From Prochlorococcus sp. AG-679-M23 (GTDB lineage Bacteria; Cyanobacteriota; Cyanobacteriia; PCC-6307; Cyanobiaceae): a DNA stretch of 64,000 nucleotides. Shown one piece after another: positions 48,326 to 60,144 of this stretch. Within the stretch, counting starts at the first letter, position 1; every line of letters begins with the position of its first letter. The stretch lies in NCBI GenBank assembly GCA_003208875.1, contig QCUR01000007.1, positions 1 to 64,000 on the forward strand, in the 5' to 3' direction. The translations under genes and the position numbers were made by a program. The notes under the pieces are model-generated. The model saw only the letters and a list, made by a program, of their open reading frames with translations, had not been told where the DNA came from and did no database searches.

Positions 48326-50488
48326 TTGTCTAAATATTTACTTGAGATAGGAACAGAAGAGTTACCAGCAAAATTTTCTCATTCTGTAATAAAACAAATT
48401 AACTCTCTTATAGAATTTGAATTTGATAAGAAACTTATCAAATTCGATAATATTATTTGCACCTCCACACCAAGAAGAATAGTTTTATTTCTAGATGGAT
48501 TAATTGATCAGGCAGATGATAAGACGGTAATAAGAAAAGGTCCAAAAGCTACTTCTGCATTTCTTAATGGCGTACCAACTAATGCTGCTATAGGTTTTGC
48601 AAATAGTTTAGGAATTAATATAGATGACTTAGAAATAAGAGAAACAGAAAAGGGTGAGTTTGTATTTGGAACAAAAATTGAGAAAGGAGAATCTACAAGA
48701 TCTTCTTTATCTTCAATAATCCCTAAAGTAATAAAAAATTTGCAAGGCCCCCGATTTATGAAATGGGGATATGGAAGCTTTAAATTTTCAAGACCCATTA
48801 GATGGATAGTCTCACTTTATAACGACGAAATTCTTGATTTTGTTTTTGATGAATGTGATCCTAAGATTTCAATAGGCAACAAATCAAAAAGTCATAGATT
48901 AATTAATAAAGTTATTGAAATTCATTCTCCAGATACTTATTTTGAATTAATTGCTAAGAGTGGAGTTTTTGTAAAAAGAGAAGAAAGAAAAGAAAAAATT
49001 GTTAATCTCATAAATCATGAATCTCAATTGGTAAATTTAGATCCTGATCTCTCTGATAATTTACTTAACGAATTAACAGATTTAGTTGAATCTCCTAATT
49101 TAATAACTAGTAACTTTGATAAGCAATTTCTTAATTTGCCTGTTGAAGTTCTTTCAACGGTAATGAAAAATCACCAAAGATATATTCCTCTTCTAAAAAA
49201 AGATAGAATATTTTCTAAATTAGATTTGAGTTCTGAAAAAGTTATAAGTACAAATTTCTTTGTCTTATCTAATGGTCTTAGAGAATCTAATAATATTATT
49301 TCTAAGGGAAATGAAAAAGTATTAAGGGCTAGATTCTCTGATGCGAAGTTTTTTGTAGAAAGTGACCAAAAAGTTTCTTCTAAAGAAAGGAATGAAAAAC
49401 TTAAAACTGTTTCTTATTTGAAAGGGATGGGTAATGTTTTTCAGAGAGTAAAACGAATTGAGGCTACCTCAGAAAAGATAATTAATTATTTAAATGATCA
49501 TTCTTTAGATAGTGAAAAAACTAAAGAAGCTGCAAAGTACTGTAAAAACGATTTGTGTAGTGAAATTGTGTATGAATTTCCTGAATTGCAAGGGATAATG
49601 GGAGGGAAATACTTGCGAAATGAAGGCTTTAGCAAAGAAATTTGTATAGCTGTATCTGAACATTATTTGCCTGGTTTTTATAAAGATGATTTACCTTCTA
49701 CAAAATATGGAGCTATTATTTCCATCTCTGACAAAATAGAAACTTTAATAAGTATATTTATATCTGGAAAAAGACCAAGTGGTTCCTCTGACCCGTATGC
49801 ACTTAGAAGAAGTTTAAATGGAGTTATTCTGATTATTTGGCAATTCGAATTTGATTTGGATCTTGAAAATATTTTTGAGGAACTTATAAAATATTGGAAA
49901 ATTTCATTACCAAAATTGAAATTCGAGAAAGAAAAAGTTTTAAATGACTTAATTGAATTTACTAATCAAAGAATTGTTAGCCATCTTGATGAACTATCAA
50001 TAAGTAAAGATCTAATTAAAGCTACTTGTTTTATTGATTCATCATCTGAAAAAAAGATAATGAATATTTTGGATTTAAAAAATAGAATTAATACTATTAA
50101 CCAACTTAAAGGGAAACCAGATTTTTCTGAAATTCAAAAAGTTATCTCGAGAGTTAGTAAATTAGCTGAAAGTGGAAATCTTAAAACAACCATTTTTTCA
50201 TGCAAAGATTATGTAAATTCAGATTTATTTGAAAAAGAATGTGAAAATAAGGTATTTGAATTTATCAAAGAATTAGAAGGAATTATTAAATTACCTAATT
50301 GGAATTATTCTCAACTATTTAAACTATTTGAGACTAATTCAAAATATCTTGATGAACTTTTTGATAATGAGAGGGGTGTTCTGATAATGGCAGAAAATCC
50401 TGAAATTAGAAATAATCGTCTCAATTTATTAGGTTTGGTAAGGAACTACTCTTTAAAAATTGCTGACTTTACCCTTTTTAACTCTTAA
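48326..50488 (+). CDS. glyS: glycyl-tRNA synthetase beta subunit
   Basis: LLEIGTEELP, TPRR, EFPELQG.MG, SGSSDPYALRR. Confidence 0.97.
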   Translation: MSKYLLEIGTEELPAKFSHSVIKQINSLIEFEFDKKLIKFDNIICTSTPRRIVLFLDGLIDQADDKTVIRKGPKATSAFLNGVPTNAAIGFANSLGINIDDLEIRETEKGEFVFGTKIEKGESTRSSLSSIIPKVIKNLQGPRFMKWGYGSFKFSRPIRWIVSLYNDEILDFVFDECDPKISIGNKSKSHRLINKVIEIHSPDTYFELIAKSGVFVKREERKEKIVNLINHESQLVNLDPDLSDNLLNELTDLVESPNLITSNFDKQFLNLPVEVLSTVMKNHQRYIPLLKKDRIFSKLDLSSEKVISTNFFVLSNGLRESNNIISKGNEKVLRARFSDAKFFVESDQKVSSKERNEKLKTVSYLKGMGNVFQRVKRIEATSEKIINYLNDHSLDSEKTKEAAKYCKNDLCSEIVYEFPELQGIMGGKYLRNEGFSKEICIAVSEHYLPGFYKDDLPSTKYGAIISISDKIETLISIFISGKRPSGSSDPYALRRSLNGVILIIWQFEFDLDLENIFEELIKYWKISLPKLKFEKEKVLNDLIEFTNQRIVSHLDELSISKDLIKATCFIDSSSEKKIMNILDLKNRINTINQLKGKPDFSEIQKVISRVSKLAESGNLKTTIFSCKDYVNSDLFEKECENKVFEFIKELEGIIKLPNWNYSQLFKLFETNSKYLDELFDNERGVLIMAENPEIRNNRLNLLGLVRNYSLKIADFTLFNS

Positions 50489-51809
50489 CTTTAATTCCAC
50501 CTTTTATTGAATAGTTCTTTAACATTTTTTCTACTTCTTTTTCTTCTCTTACAGCACTTTTAACTGGTTTGTACTTTAATGGTGCTAGAGCTTTTCCTCT
50601 TAAAATTGATCCAAGAGTAAGCATGGTAAGTTTGATTTGCTGGAGGGGTTTCATTGCAACCACTCGTTTGTACAGGTAACTATCAAAAGTTAATCTTTGA
50701 ACGTCCATATCATCACACATTTCTACAAAAGCTTCTCTAGCAGAATCATTTCTATAAAAAATATTTTGAAGAATTTCTAGTACCTTGTAGGTTGTCCCAT
50801 ATTTTTTGTCCCATTTTTTTAAATAATTTTTTAAATCTTTTTCTGATGGAATTTCTTGCCCATTTTTTGAAGCTTCAACGATTTCTTCAGCACACATTCT
50901 CCCACTTTTCGCAGCAAAATAAATACCTTCACCAGAGCTCTTTGTGACATATCCAGCTGCATCACCTACCAAAGCCATTCTTCCTACAACTCTTCGAGGT
51001 CTTGGATGCTCAGGAATAGGATGTGCTTCAACTTTTATTACTTCACCATTCACAAGCCTTTTTTTAGCTCTATTCCTTACACCTTCTTGAAGTCCTTTTA
51101 TTAGGGATTGGTTTTTTTGCATTGTGCCTGTCCCTACTGCGACATGATCATATTTTGGAAATACCCAACCATAAAAATCAGGAGAAACATCTGTTCCTAC
51201 ATACATCTCAGCGAGATCTTCGTAGTAACTCATTTCTTCTTTAGGCAATTTAATTCTTTCTTGGAATGCAATTGCTACTTTGTAATCGCCAGCATCCATA
51301 GCTTTAGCAACTCTGCTGTTGGCGCCATCAGCTCCAATTAAGAGATCTACAGTTAACTCTTTAAGTTCTCCTTTCTTGTCTCCAGAAGAAAAATCTGAAT
51401 ATGAAAGTTTGTATGGACCTTTATTATCATTACCAGTATCAATTGAAGTAACTAGTCCATTAATTAATGTTGCCCCAAGTTCAGAAGCTCTGTTTCTCAT
51501 AAATGCATCCATTACCTCTCTTCTGCACATTCCTATATATTCATTATCACTTTTGCCATAAACATTATCTAAGCTAATATCAACTTCTCTATTAGAGGGA
51601 GATATCATTTTCATATGTCTTACTTTTCTATCTATAATGCTTTCTGGTAAGTCAAATTCTTCAACCATACAAAGAGGAATGGCACCTCCACAAGGTTTTG
51701 CATTATCTAATTTTCTTTCAAAAAGCCAAGTCTTTATACCAGATTTAGCAAGTATTTCAGCAGCACATGAACCACTTGGCCCTCCACCGATAACAGCAAC
51801 TCTCAACAT
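50478..51809 (-). CDS. chlP: geranylgeranyl diphosphate reductase
   Basis: GGGPSG, AKPCGGAIP, GDAAGYV..SGEGIYFA. Confidence 0.97.
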   Translation of the reverse strand: MLRVAVIGGGPSGSCAAEILAKSGIKTWLFERKLDNAKPCGGAIPLCMVEEFDLPESIIDRKVRHMKMISPSNREVDISLDNVYGKSDNEYIGMCRREVMDAFMRNRASELGATLINGLVTSIDTGNDNKGPYKLSYSDFSSGDKKGELKELTVDLLIGADGANSRVAKAMDAGDYKVAIAFQERIKLPKEEMSYYEDLAEMYVGTDVSPDFYGWVFPKYDHVAVGTGTMQKNQSLIKGLQEGVRNRAKKRLVNGEVIKVEAHPIPEHPRPRRVVGRMALVGDAAGYVTKSSGEGIYFAAKSGRMCAEEIVEASKNGQEIPSEKDLKNYLKKWDKKYGTTYKVLEILQNIFYRNDSAREAFVEMCDDMDVQRLTFDSYLYKRVVAMKPLQQIKLTMLTLGSILRGKALAPLKYKPVKSAVREEKEVEKMLKNYSIKGGIKVKS

Positions 51810-51919
51810 ATTAAAAAAAAATTGTATCCTATTAAAAAACTACATCAATTTTCTTATAAAAGTGCATTTCGTAAATTAATAGTTAATATCGAAATATCTT
51901 TGGAATTAATAATTTTATA

Positions 51920-52651
51920 TTGAAAAAAAAGAATCCTATAAATGAAGATATTGAGATACAAGTTGCTGAAAGAATAACCTTAAATGAAAATAATTTTAAA
52001 TTTAAGAAATATTATTTATTTATAGCTTTTTTTCTAATATTTTTATTACCTTTTATTGGCATGGAAATTATTAGTAATTTTAAATTAAATCTCTCTGGAG
52101 TTAATAATGCTAAAAAATTTGTAAATAATGATCTTAGTATTTTGGGCCATTTACCCTACAAGGAAATTTCAAAAGAAAAATTGGTTTCTATTGAACCTAA
52201 TATTCAAGTTCATATCGACATGAGTGAATCTCTTCTTAAAATGAGGGATGATGCCAGAAAAGATGGAATATATTTAGTATTCCTTAGTGGATATAGATCA
52301 ACAAATTTGCAAAAAGAAATTTTTTATTCATTAAAATCTATGAGAAATCAGATTGCTGCTGAGAGGGCTAAGGTCTCAGCACCCCCTGGATATTCTGAAC
52401 ACAGTACTGGCTTTGCTATCGATATTGGAGATGCTGATAAAAGAGAAACAGACTTTGAAGTTCAATTTGAGAACACGGATGCTTTTAAATGGCTTAAAAA
52501 AAATGCAGCTAAGTATCACTTCAAATTATCTTTCACACAAAATAATAAAAATGTTGATTATGAGCCTTGGCACTGGAGATATGAGGGATCGATTGAAGCA
52601 CTTAAAGTTTTTGAAGCATCAAATAGGAATTTGAAAAAGCTACAAAATTGA
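51920..52651 (+). CDS. D-Ala-D-Ala carboxypeptidase (M15B, VanY-like)
   Basis: SGYRS, APPGYSEH.TG.A.D, YEPWHWRY. Confidence 0.9.
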   Translation: MKKKNPINEDIEIQVAERITLNENNFKFKKYYLFIAFFLIFLLPFIGMEIISNFKLNLSGVNNAKKFVNNDLSILGHLPYKEISKEKLVSIEPNIQVHIDMSESLLKMRDDARKDGIYLVFLSGYRSTNLQKEIFYSLKSMRNQIAAERAKVSAPPGYSEHSTGFAIDIGDADKRETDFEVQFENTDAFKWLKKNAAKYHFKLSFTQNNKNVDYEPWHWRYEGSIEALKVFEASNRNLKKLQN

Positions 52652-52765
52652 AACACTAATAACAATTTTTTTATATGATTTTCAAAGTCTTATGGGCAAA
52701 TCTTTCAGAATAAGCATTCTTTGAGTTAGCCTTAATATATTAATTATTGGTTTGCAATTTTTTAG

Positions 52766-54568
52766 ATGTCAGCTTCAATTAAAGAAATAAGAAATGTAGC
52801 AATCATAGCCCATGTAGATCATGGAAAAACAACCCTAGTCGATGCATTATTATCTCAATCTGGAATATTTAGAGATAACGAAGTAGTTCCAACTTGTGTA
52901 ATGGATTCAAATGATCTCGAGAAAGAAAGAGGTATAACAATACTTTCAAAAAATACGGCTGTCAATTATAAAAACACAAGAATCAATATTATTGATACAC
53001 CTGGACATGCTGACTTTGGAGGAGAGGTTGAGAGGGTTTTGGGCATGGTTGATGGTTGTTTATTAATCGTTGATGCTAATGAGGGTCCAATGCCACAAAC
53101 AAGGTTTGTATTAAAAAAAGCTTTAGAAAAAGGTCTTAGGCCTATTGTTTTTGTAAATAAAATTGATAGGCCTAGGGTAGTCCCAGAAATTGCGGTGGAT
53201 AAAGTTCTTGATTTATTCCTTGAATTAGGAGCAGATGATGATCAATGTGATTTTCCTTATTTATTCGGTAGTGGATTATCTGGTTTCGCAAAAGAAGAAA
53301 TGGAATCTAATAATGATAATATGATGCCCCTTTTTGAAGCTATTCTTAGGCATGTCCCACCACCTGTAGGGGATCTTAATAAGCCTTTGCAGCTTCAAAT
53401 TACAACTTTGGATTATTCTGATTTCTTAGGTAGGATTGTGATTGGAAAGATTCATAATGGAACTATAAAAAATGGCCAACAAGCAAGCCTAATAAAAGAA
53501 AGTGGGAAAACTATCAAGGGTAAAGTAAGTAAACTTTTAGGATTCGAAGGATTACAAAGAATTGATATTAATGAGGCCTTTGCAGGAGACATTGTTGCAG
53601 TTTCAGGTTTTGATGATGTAAATATTGGAGAAACGATTGCTTGTCCTGATTCTCCTCATCCACTTCCATTAATTAAAGTTGACGAACCTACACTTAACAT
53701 GACCTTTGTTGTGAATGATTCTCCATTTGCGGGTAAAGAAGGGAAATTCGTTACGAGCAGACAATTAAAAAATAGATTAGAGAGGGAATTATTAACTAAC
53801 GTAGCCCTAAGAGTTGAAGAAACCGATTCTCCAGATAGGTTTTCTGTCTCTGGGAGAGGTGAGCTTCATTTAGGGATTTTAATTGAAACAATGAGACGAG
53901 AAGGTTTTGAGTTCCAAATCTCGCAACCGCAAGTTATTTTTAGAGAAATTGATGATGTTCAATGCGAACCCATAGAAACATTAGTCTTAGATGTTCCAGA
54001 AGTAGCGGTTGGCTCTTGTATTGAAAAACTGGGATCAAGAAAAGCTGAGATGAAAAACATGCAGACAAGTTCAGATGGAAGAACCCAGTTAGAATTTCTT
54101 GTACCATCAAGAGGACTTATAGGCTTTCGTGGTGAATTTGTTCGAATAACTAGAGGTGAAGGAATTATGAGTCACTCTTTTTATGAATATAAACCTAAAG
54201 CTGGAGATTTTGAAACGAGAAGAAATGGTGTACTTATTTCTTTTGAAGAGGGTGTCGCTACTTTCTATGCTTTAAAAAATGCGGAGGATAGAGGTGTTTA
54301 TTTTATCAAACCAGGAGTGAAAGTTTATAAAGGTATGATTATTGGCGAGAATAATAGGTCACAAGATTTAGAGTTAAATATCTGTAAAACAAAGCAATTG
54401 ACTAATATGAGATCTGCTGGAGCAGAAGAGTTAGATACTTTACAATCTCCTGTTGATATTACACTCGAGCGAGCTCTTGAATATATAGGTCCTGATGAAA
54501 TGTTGGAGGTGACGCCGGATTCTATAAGAATGAGGAAATTAAATAAGAAGAAGACAATGAAAAAATAA
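52766..54568 (+). CDS. typA: translational GTPase TypA/BipA
   Basis: [24 protein letters not shown]. Confidence 0.97.
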   Translation: MSASIKEIRNVAIIAHVDHGKTTLVDALLSQSGIFRDNEVVPTCVMDSNDLEKERGITILSKNTAVNYKNTRINIIDTPGHADFGGEVERVLGMVDGCLLIVDANEGPMPQTRFVLKKALEKGLRPIVFVNKIDRPRVVPEIAVDKVLDLFLELGADDDQCDFPYLFGSGLSGFAKEEMESNNDNMMPLFEAILRHVPPPVGDLNKPLQLQITTLDYSDFLGRIVIGKIHNGTIKNGQQASLIKESGKTIKGKVSKLLGFEGLQRIDINEAFAGDIVAVSGFDDVNIGETIACPDSPHPLPLIKVDEPTLNMTFVVNDSPFAGKEGKFVTSRQLKNRLERELLTNVALRVEETDSPDRFSVSGRGELHLGILIETMRREGFEFQISQPQVIFREIDDVQCEPIETLVLDVPEVAVGSCIEKLGSRKAEMKNMQTSSDGRTQLEFLVPSRGLIGFRGEFVRITRGEGIMSHSFYEYKPKAGDFETRRNGVLISFEEGVATFYALKNAEDRGVYFIKPGVKVYKGMIIGENNRSQDLELNICKTKQLTNMRSAGAEELDTLQSPVDITLERALEYIGPDEMLEVTPDSIRMRKLNKKKTMKK

Positions 54569-54574
54569 AATATT

Positions 54575-54958
54575 ATGAGAGAAGAAGATATTAAAAGTTT
54601 TGAGGATGCTTTTTTTGATGCTCTAAATCTCTTTAATAATCAAAAATGGTATGAAGCTCATGATGCCTTTGAGGACATATGGAATACTCTTGAAGGAGAT
54701 GAAAGACAAATAATACAAGGAATACTTCAAGTATCTGTCTCTCAATTTCATTTAAGTAAAGGGAATCTAAATGGAGCGACTATATTATTGGGAGAAGGCT
54801 TAGGTAGGATAAAAAACAGAACTAATATTGATTTAGGAATAGATCTCGTATCTTTTTGCAAATGTCTTGATGAATTATTAAGAAAACTTCAATATAAAGA
54901 GGAATTAACTAAAAATGATAAACCTTACCTTCTGATAAAAGAGCAAAATGAATTTTGA
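54575..54958 (+). CDS. DUF309 family protein
   Basis: LFN...WYEAHD.FE..W...QGILQ. Confidence 0.85.
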   Translation: MREEDIKSFEDAFFDALNLFNNQKWYEAHDAFEDIWNTLEGDERQIIQGILQVSVSQFHLSKGNLNGATILLGEGLGRIKNRTNIDLGIDLVSFCKCLDELLRKLQYKEELTKNDKPYLLIKEQNEF

Positions 54959-55676
54959 AATAAAAAACGTATTTCTGACTATTGAAGGAAAAACCATAGT
55001 GAATGATGTGTCAATAAAGGTTTGCCCAGGAGAAATTGTAGGTTTAATGGGACCAAATGGTGCTGGTAAAACATCTACTTTTAATCTTGCGGTGGGCAAT
55101 TTAAAACCTGATAAGGGAGATATATTAATGAATAGCAAATCTATAATAAATTTACCTTTGCCTAGTAGAGCAAAACTTGGTTTAGGATATTTAACTCAAG
55201 AAGCAAGTATCTTTAGAGATCTAACAGTTAAAGAAAATATTGACTTAGCATTACACAATTCCTTTTCTAGTAGCGCAATAGTAAGAAATAAGAGAGAAAA
55301 AATAATTAATGAATTTAATCTGAATAAAGTTGTTGATAATTATGGTTATCAACTATCAGGAGGGGAGAGAAGAAGGTGTGAAATAGCAAGAGCTCTATCA
55401 GTTGGTAGAAAAGGACCTAAATATTTACTTTTGGATGAACCTTTTGCAGGGATCGACCCCTTGGCTGTTAATGATTTAAAGAAACTTATTATTAAACTTA
55501 GTGAGAACGGAATGGGAATTCTCATAACAGACCATAATGTAAGAGAGACTCTATTAATTACAACTAAATCATATGTTTTAAGTGAAGGAAAGATACTTGC
55601 GCATGGATCATCTGATGAACTTGCAAATAATCAAATAGTGAAAAAGTTTTATTTGGGGGATGATTTTCAGCTTTAA
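54948..55676 (+). CDS. lptB: LPS export ABC transporter ATP-binding protein LptB
   Basis: GPNGAGKT, LSGGERRR.EIARAL, DEPFAGIDP, ITDHNVRETL, YLG. Confidence 0.9.
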   Translation: MNFEIKNVFLTIEGKTIVNDVSIKVCPGEIVGLMGPNGAGKTSTFNLAVGNLKPDKGDILMNSKSIINLPLPSRAKLGLGYLTQEASIFRDLTVKENIDLALHNSFSSSAIVRNKREKIINEFNLNKVVDNYGYQLSGGERRRCEIARALSVGRKGPKYLLLDEPFAGIDPLAVNDLKKLIIKLSENGMGILITDHNVRETLLITTKSYVLSEGKILAHGSSDELANNQIVKKFYLGDDFQL

Positions 55677-55787
55677 TAATTTAATTTAGAAATATATTTA
55701 AATTAAAATAATTGATAAAATCATGAATTTTCTATTTTATTTATTATTTTATAATTAAGTAAACTTATACAGTTTTATATTTTACTG

Positions 55788-56732
55788 ATGTTATTTGATG
55801 GTTTTATCAAAAATTTAATTTACGATCCAGTATCTTCAATAGGCATATTAATTTTTTATTTTTTATTAATTAATTTGCCTATTTCTCTAATAGCGTTATT
55901 TAATAAAAAATCTTCTTCATATGTAAGATTAATTACTATCTTAATTAATCTTTTCATAGCTTTACAGCTTATTTCAAGATGGATTGTATCTGGACATTTT
56001 CCAATAAGTAATTTATATGAATCTCTTTATTTCTTGGTTTGGGGTATATCTTTAGGTCAATTATTAGTTGAGAAAGAATACCCGACTCCGATAATCCCAG
56101 CAATAACAATACCTATTGAACTTTTGACTATAGCTTTTGCGTGTTTTGTTTTGCCTGAAGATTTAAAGCTATCTTCTAATCTTGTCCCAGCATTAAGATC
56201 AAGTTGGTTAGTTATGCATGTAAGCGTAGTCATGCTAAGTTATGCAGCCCTTATCATTGGCTCTTTATTATCAGCTTCTGTACTCTTTATCAATAATAGT
56301 CAACCTCTTCAACTTAGAAGTAGTTCTATAGGTGTAGGCGGTTTCAAAATATCTAATTCTTACTCGACCAATAATGTCATAGAGCCCATAAATTTTTCTC
56401 ATTCTGAGGAATTAGATTCTCTTAGTTATCGATCTATATTAGTAGGATTTGTTCTTCTCACTCTCGGCTTAATTACTGGTGCTGTCTGGGCTAATGAAGC
56501 TTGGGGAACTTGGTGGAGTTGGGATCCTAAGGAGACTTGGGCTTTCATTTCTTGGTTATTTTATGCTGCCTATTTGCATATGAGAATAAGTAGGGGTTGG
56601 CAAGGTAGAAGACCCGCATTACTTGCTACTTCTGGCTTTTTTGTCGTACTAATATGTTATATCGGAGTAAATTTCTTAGGTGTAGGTTTGCACAGTTATG
56701 GTTGGATATTTGGAATATTTAATTTGTTTTAA
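55788..56732 (+). CDS. ccsA: cytochrome c biogenesis protein CcsA (system II)
   Basis: [29 protein letters not shown] (WWD), GLHSY. Confidence 0.95.
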   Translation: MLFDGFIKNLIYDPVSSIGILIFYFLLINLPISLIALFNKKSSSYVRLITILINLFIALQLISRWIVSGHFPISNLYESLYFLVWGISLGQLLVEKEYPTPIIPAITIPIELLTIAFACFVLPEDLKLSSNLVPALRSSWLVMHVSVVMLSYAALIIGSLLSASVLFINNSQPLQLRSSSIGVGGFKISNSYSTNNVIEPINFSHSEELDSLSYRSILVGFVLLTLGLITGAVWANEAWGTWWSWDPKETWAFISWLFYAAYLHMRISRGWQGRRPALLATSGFFVVLICYIGVNFLGVGLHSYGWIFGIFNLF

Positions 56733-56742
56733 ATTCCAGTTA

Positions 56743-57498
56743 TTAAGGCTCTGAAATTATCTTTCCATTTTGCGCATCTAGGGCAACTGACCTTAATTCA
56801 TCACAACCCTCTTTTAATGTTGGATAAGCAAACATCCCACTTCCTGCAATAAAACAATTAGCACCAGCTTCTGCACATTGCGAAATGGTCCAATTTGCTT
56901 TTATTCCGCCATCAACTTCAATATCTACATTTAAATTCTTTTCAATTACGAAGTGTCTAATTTTTCTTATTTTATTTAACATTGTTGGTATGTAAGCTTG
57001 TCCACCAAATCCTGGATTAACGGTCATTACTAAGACATGATCAACCATATCCATAATGTTTTCAATCATTTCAAATGGCGTATGAGGATTTAATGCGACC
57101 GATGGTGATCCTCCAAGATCTCTTATCTTTCCAAGAACTCTATGAAGGTGAACATTAGCTTCAGCATGGGCTATAACAACTCCAGGCTCTCCATTAGGAC
57201 CTTTGGAAGCTTTTACATATGCCTCAAGCATCGTCTCACAATTATATTGGCTTACCATTAATTGAGTCTCAAAAGGAACTTCGCAATATTTTCTACATGC
57301 AGCAATCATTTCAGGACCAAATGTAAGATTTGGTACAAAATTCCCATCCATGACATCAAATTGAATACGGTCTACACCTGCTTCTTCAAGATCTTTAACA
57401 CATGCCCCCATATTTGCCCAGTCTGCTGGTAGTACGGAAGGAATTATTTGAATTGGTCGATTAACACCTACTGAATTTTTAGAGTTAGTTTCGGGCAT
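56743..57498 (-). CDS. rpe: ribulose-phosphate 3-epimerase
   Basis: DVMDGNFVPNLTFG, MTVNPGFGGQ, EVDGGI. Confidence 0.95.
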   Translation of the reverse strand: MPETNSKNSVGVNRPIQIIPSVLPADWANMGACVKDLEEAGVDRIQFDVMDGNFVPNLTFGPEMIAACRKYCEVPFETQLMVSQYNCETMLEAYVKASKGPNGEPGVVIAHAEANVHLHRVLGKIRDLGGSPSVALNPHTPFEMIENIMDMVDHVLVMTVNPGFGGQAYIPTMLNKIRKIRHFVIEKNLNVDIEVDGGIKANWTISQCAEAGANCFIAGSGMFAYPTLKEGCDELRSVALDAQNGKIISEP

Positions 57499-57614
57499 TT
57501 TATTTTTAAAATATTTAATAAAGATACTATATTTGGTTGCTTATTCCTAATTTCAAGTCACGGCCTGATAAAGTAACACCTGCAAAGAGTTAAAAAAAGC
57601 TAATTAGCATATTA

Positions 57615-57646
57615 ATTCTCATAAAAAAGGCATTTTTTATGAGAAT
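57615..57646. repeat. perfect 14-bp inverted repeat in rpe/glpX divergent intergenic region
   Basis: ATTCTCATAAAAAA-GGCA-TTTTTTATGAGAAT. Confidence 0.85.
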
Positions 57647-57685
57647 ATGTTTTAAGCCTCTTAGAAAATCTTTTAAAATTTAACT

Positions 57686-58687
57686 GTGAATCAAACTTTA
57701 ATTCAAGAAATTCTCGAAGTAGTCGAGCAAGCCGCAATCGCATCAGCGAAACTTACAGGTTTAGGTCAGAAAGACGAAGCTGATGCAGCTGCTGTTGAAG
57801 CAATGAGGTTGCGTATGGGCAAAATTGAGATGAAAGGAAAAATTGTAATTGGTGAAGGTGAACGTGACGAAGCACCAATGTTATATATAGGGGAAGAGGT
57901 AGGTAGTGGGAACGGTCCAGGGGTTGACTTTGCTGTAGATCCTTGTGAAGGAACTAATCTATGTGCTAACAACCAACGAGGATCCATGGCAGTATTAGCT
58001 GCTTCCGATACTGGGGGGCTTTTCAATGCACCTGATTTTTATATGAATAAATTGGCAGCACCTCCAGCGGCAAAAGGAAAGGTAGATATTAGGAAGTCAG
58101 CTACTGAGAATTTAAAAATTTTAAGTAATTGCTTAGATCTAGCGATTGATGAACTTACTGTAGTAGTTATGGATAGAGCAAGACATAAAGGTTTGATTAA
58201 GGAGATTCGAGAATGTGGAGCAAAAATTCAACCAATTTCTGATGGAGACGTTCAAGCTGCAATTGCTTGCGGATTTGCGGGTACAGGAACTCATTGCTTA
58301 ATGGGTATTGGAGCAGCTCCAGAAGGTGTTATATCTGCTGCTGCTATGAGAGCTCTTGGGGGACATTTTCAAGGACAGTTAGTTTATGACCCTGCAATTG
58401 CGCAAACTTCTGAATGGGCTGACTATACAAAAGAAGGAAATATAAAACGTTTAAATGAAATGGGAATTACTGATATTGACAAAATCTATGAAGCTAATGA
58501 ACTTGCATCAGGAGAAAATGTGATCTTTGCGGGAAGTGGAATTACTGATGGATTATTATTTGACGGAGTCAAATTTGAAAAAGACTGTACTAGAACCAGT
58601 AGCCTTGTAATAAGTACATTGGATAGCACTTGTCGATTTACAAATACAATACACATGAAAGATGGTGCTAAAAGCATTAGCCTTTAA
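57686..58687 (+). CDS. glpX: class II fructose-1,6-/sedoheptulose-1,7-bisphosphatase
   Basis: [34 protein letters not shown]. Confidence 0.97.
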   Translation: MNQTLIQEILEVVEQAAIASAKLTGLGQKDEADAAAVEAMRLRMGKIEMKGKIVIGEGERDEAPMLYIGEEVGSGNGPGVDFAVDPCEGTNLCANNQRGSMAVLAASDTGGLFNAPDFYMNKLAAPPAAKGKVDIRKSATENLKILSNCLDLAIDELTVVVMDRARHKGLIKEIRECGAKIQPISDGDVQAAIACGFAGTGTHCLMGIGAAPEGVISAAAMRALGGHFQGQLVYDPAIAQTSEWADYTKEGNIKRLNEMGITDIDKIYEANELASGENVIFAGSGITDGLLFDGVKFEKDCTRTSSLVISTLDSTCRFTNTIHMKDGAKSISL

Positions 58688-58704
58688 CATTTCAATATAA
58701 TTTT

Positions 58705-60006
58705 ATGCATATTGTTGTCGTCGGACTAAGTCATCGCACGGCACCTGTCGAAGTGCGTGAGAAGTTAAGTATTCCTGAACAATCGATTTCAGAATCATTA
58801 AAAACTCTGAGTATCAATTCTGATATTTTAGAAGTTTCTATTTTAAGTACCTGTAATAGGTTAGAAATATACGCTCTTGTTAAAGAGATAAATATTGGTA
58901 TTTCAACTATTAAAGAATTTTTAACAGATTACTCGAGCGTAAATTTTGAAGACCTAAATCCTCATCTTTTTGATTTTAGACAAGAGGAAGCTGTTTTACA
59001 TTTAATGAAAGTCTCAGCTGGATTAGATAGCCTCGTTTTGGGCGAAGGGCAAATACTCTCGCAAGTTAAAAAAATGATGAGATTAGGTCAGGAGAATCAA
59101 TCTACTGGGCCAATTCTTAATAGGTTATTAAGTCAATCAGTTAGTGCCGGGAAGAAAGTTAGATCTGAAACAAATTTAGGAACTGGCGCTGTATCAATTA
59201 GCTCAGCCGCTGTTGAACTCGCTCAATTAAAAATTGGACAGGATCATGGTGTTGATGGGCTCGTTAGTTTGAAATCTGAAAAAGTTCTAGTCGTTGGCGC
59301 TGGAAGGATGAGTAGACTTTTAATAACTCATTTGAAATCCAAAGGATGTAATAAGCTCACTCTTTTAAATAGAAATATTGATAGAGCCGTTAATCTTGCA
59401 GGAGATTTCCCAGATCTTGAAATAAATTGCAAGAGTTTAAATGAATTGGATCAAAATATATCTTTATCATCTCTTGTCTTTACTAGTACTGCCTCTGAAA
59501 AACCTTTTATTGATTTAGCAAGAGTTGAAAATATTAGTTTAAATAACAAACTTAAATTTATTGATATAGGTGTTCCAAGAAATATATCAAATGATGTTAA
59601 ACATCATGCTTCTATAGAGTCTTTTGATGTAGATGACTTGGAAGAAGTTGTTTCTAGAAATCAAGAATTTAGACAAAAAATAGCAAAAGAGGCTGAATCT
59701 TTAGTTAAAGATGAAAGAATCATTTTTTTGGAGTGGTGGGCTAGTTTGGAAGCAGTTCCAGTCATAAATAAATTAAGATCTGATTTGGAGTTAATAAGAA
59801 AAGAAGAGTTACAAAAGGCACTAAGTAGAATGGGACCTGATTTTTCTGCTCGAGAAAGGAAAGTTGTAGAGGCTTTAACTAAAGGGATTATTAATAAGAT
59901 TCTTCACACACCAGTCACTAAATTGAGAAGTCCTCAGTCAAGAGATGAAAGACAAGCATCATTAAAAATCGTTGAAAAATTGTTTTCTTTGGTAGATGAT
60001 GAATAA
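58705..60006 (+). CDS. hemA: glutamyl-tRNA reductase
   Basis: GLSHRTAPVEVRE, STCNR, GLDSLVLGEGQI. Confidence 0.97.
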   Translation: MHIVVVGLSHRTAPVEVREKLSIPEQSISESLKTLSINSDILEVSILSTCNRLEIYALVKEINIGISTIKEFLTDYSSVNFEDLNPHLFDFRQEEAVLHLMKVSAGLDSLVLGEGQILSQVKKMMRLGQENQSTGPILNRLLSQSVSAGKKVRSETNLGTGAVSISSAAVELAQLKIGQDHGVDGLVSLKSEKVLVVGAGRMSRLLITHLKSKGCNKLTLLNRNIDRAVNLAGDFPDLEINCKSLNELDQNISLSSLVFTSTASEKPFIDLARVENISLNNKLKFIDIGVPRNISNDVKHHASIESFDVDDLEEVVSRNQEFRQKIAKEAESLVKDERIIFLEWWASLEAVPVINKLRSDLELIRKEELQKALSRMGPDFSARERKVVEALTKGIINKILHTPVTKLRSPQSRDERQASLKIVEKLFSLVDDE

Positions 60007-60144
60007 AATTTATAGAAATAACTGACTTTATATTAAGTTTTTCATTAGATTTTTCTTAATACCTTTGTAAAGTGGCCATTTCCATTTTTAAATTTGCACA
60101 TAATCAGTTAATTTTAATAGTTGAGTATACCTCCATGAAATTGA

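Noticed and set aside
1050..58677. Numerous 60-110-aa ORFs antisense or frameshifted within known genes (e.g. 1050-1259, 3461-3643, 10785-10985, 24548-24838, 31474-32569, 47242-48032, 51108-51879, 52353-52634, 57766-58026)
   Set aside because: Shadow ORFs fully overlapping well-supported genes, with no recognisable motifs
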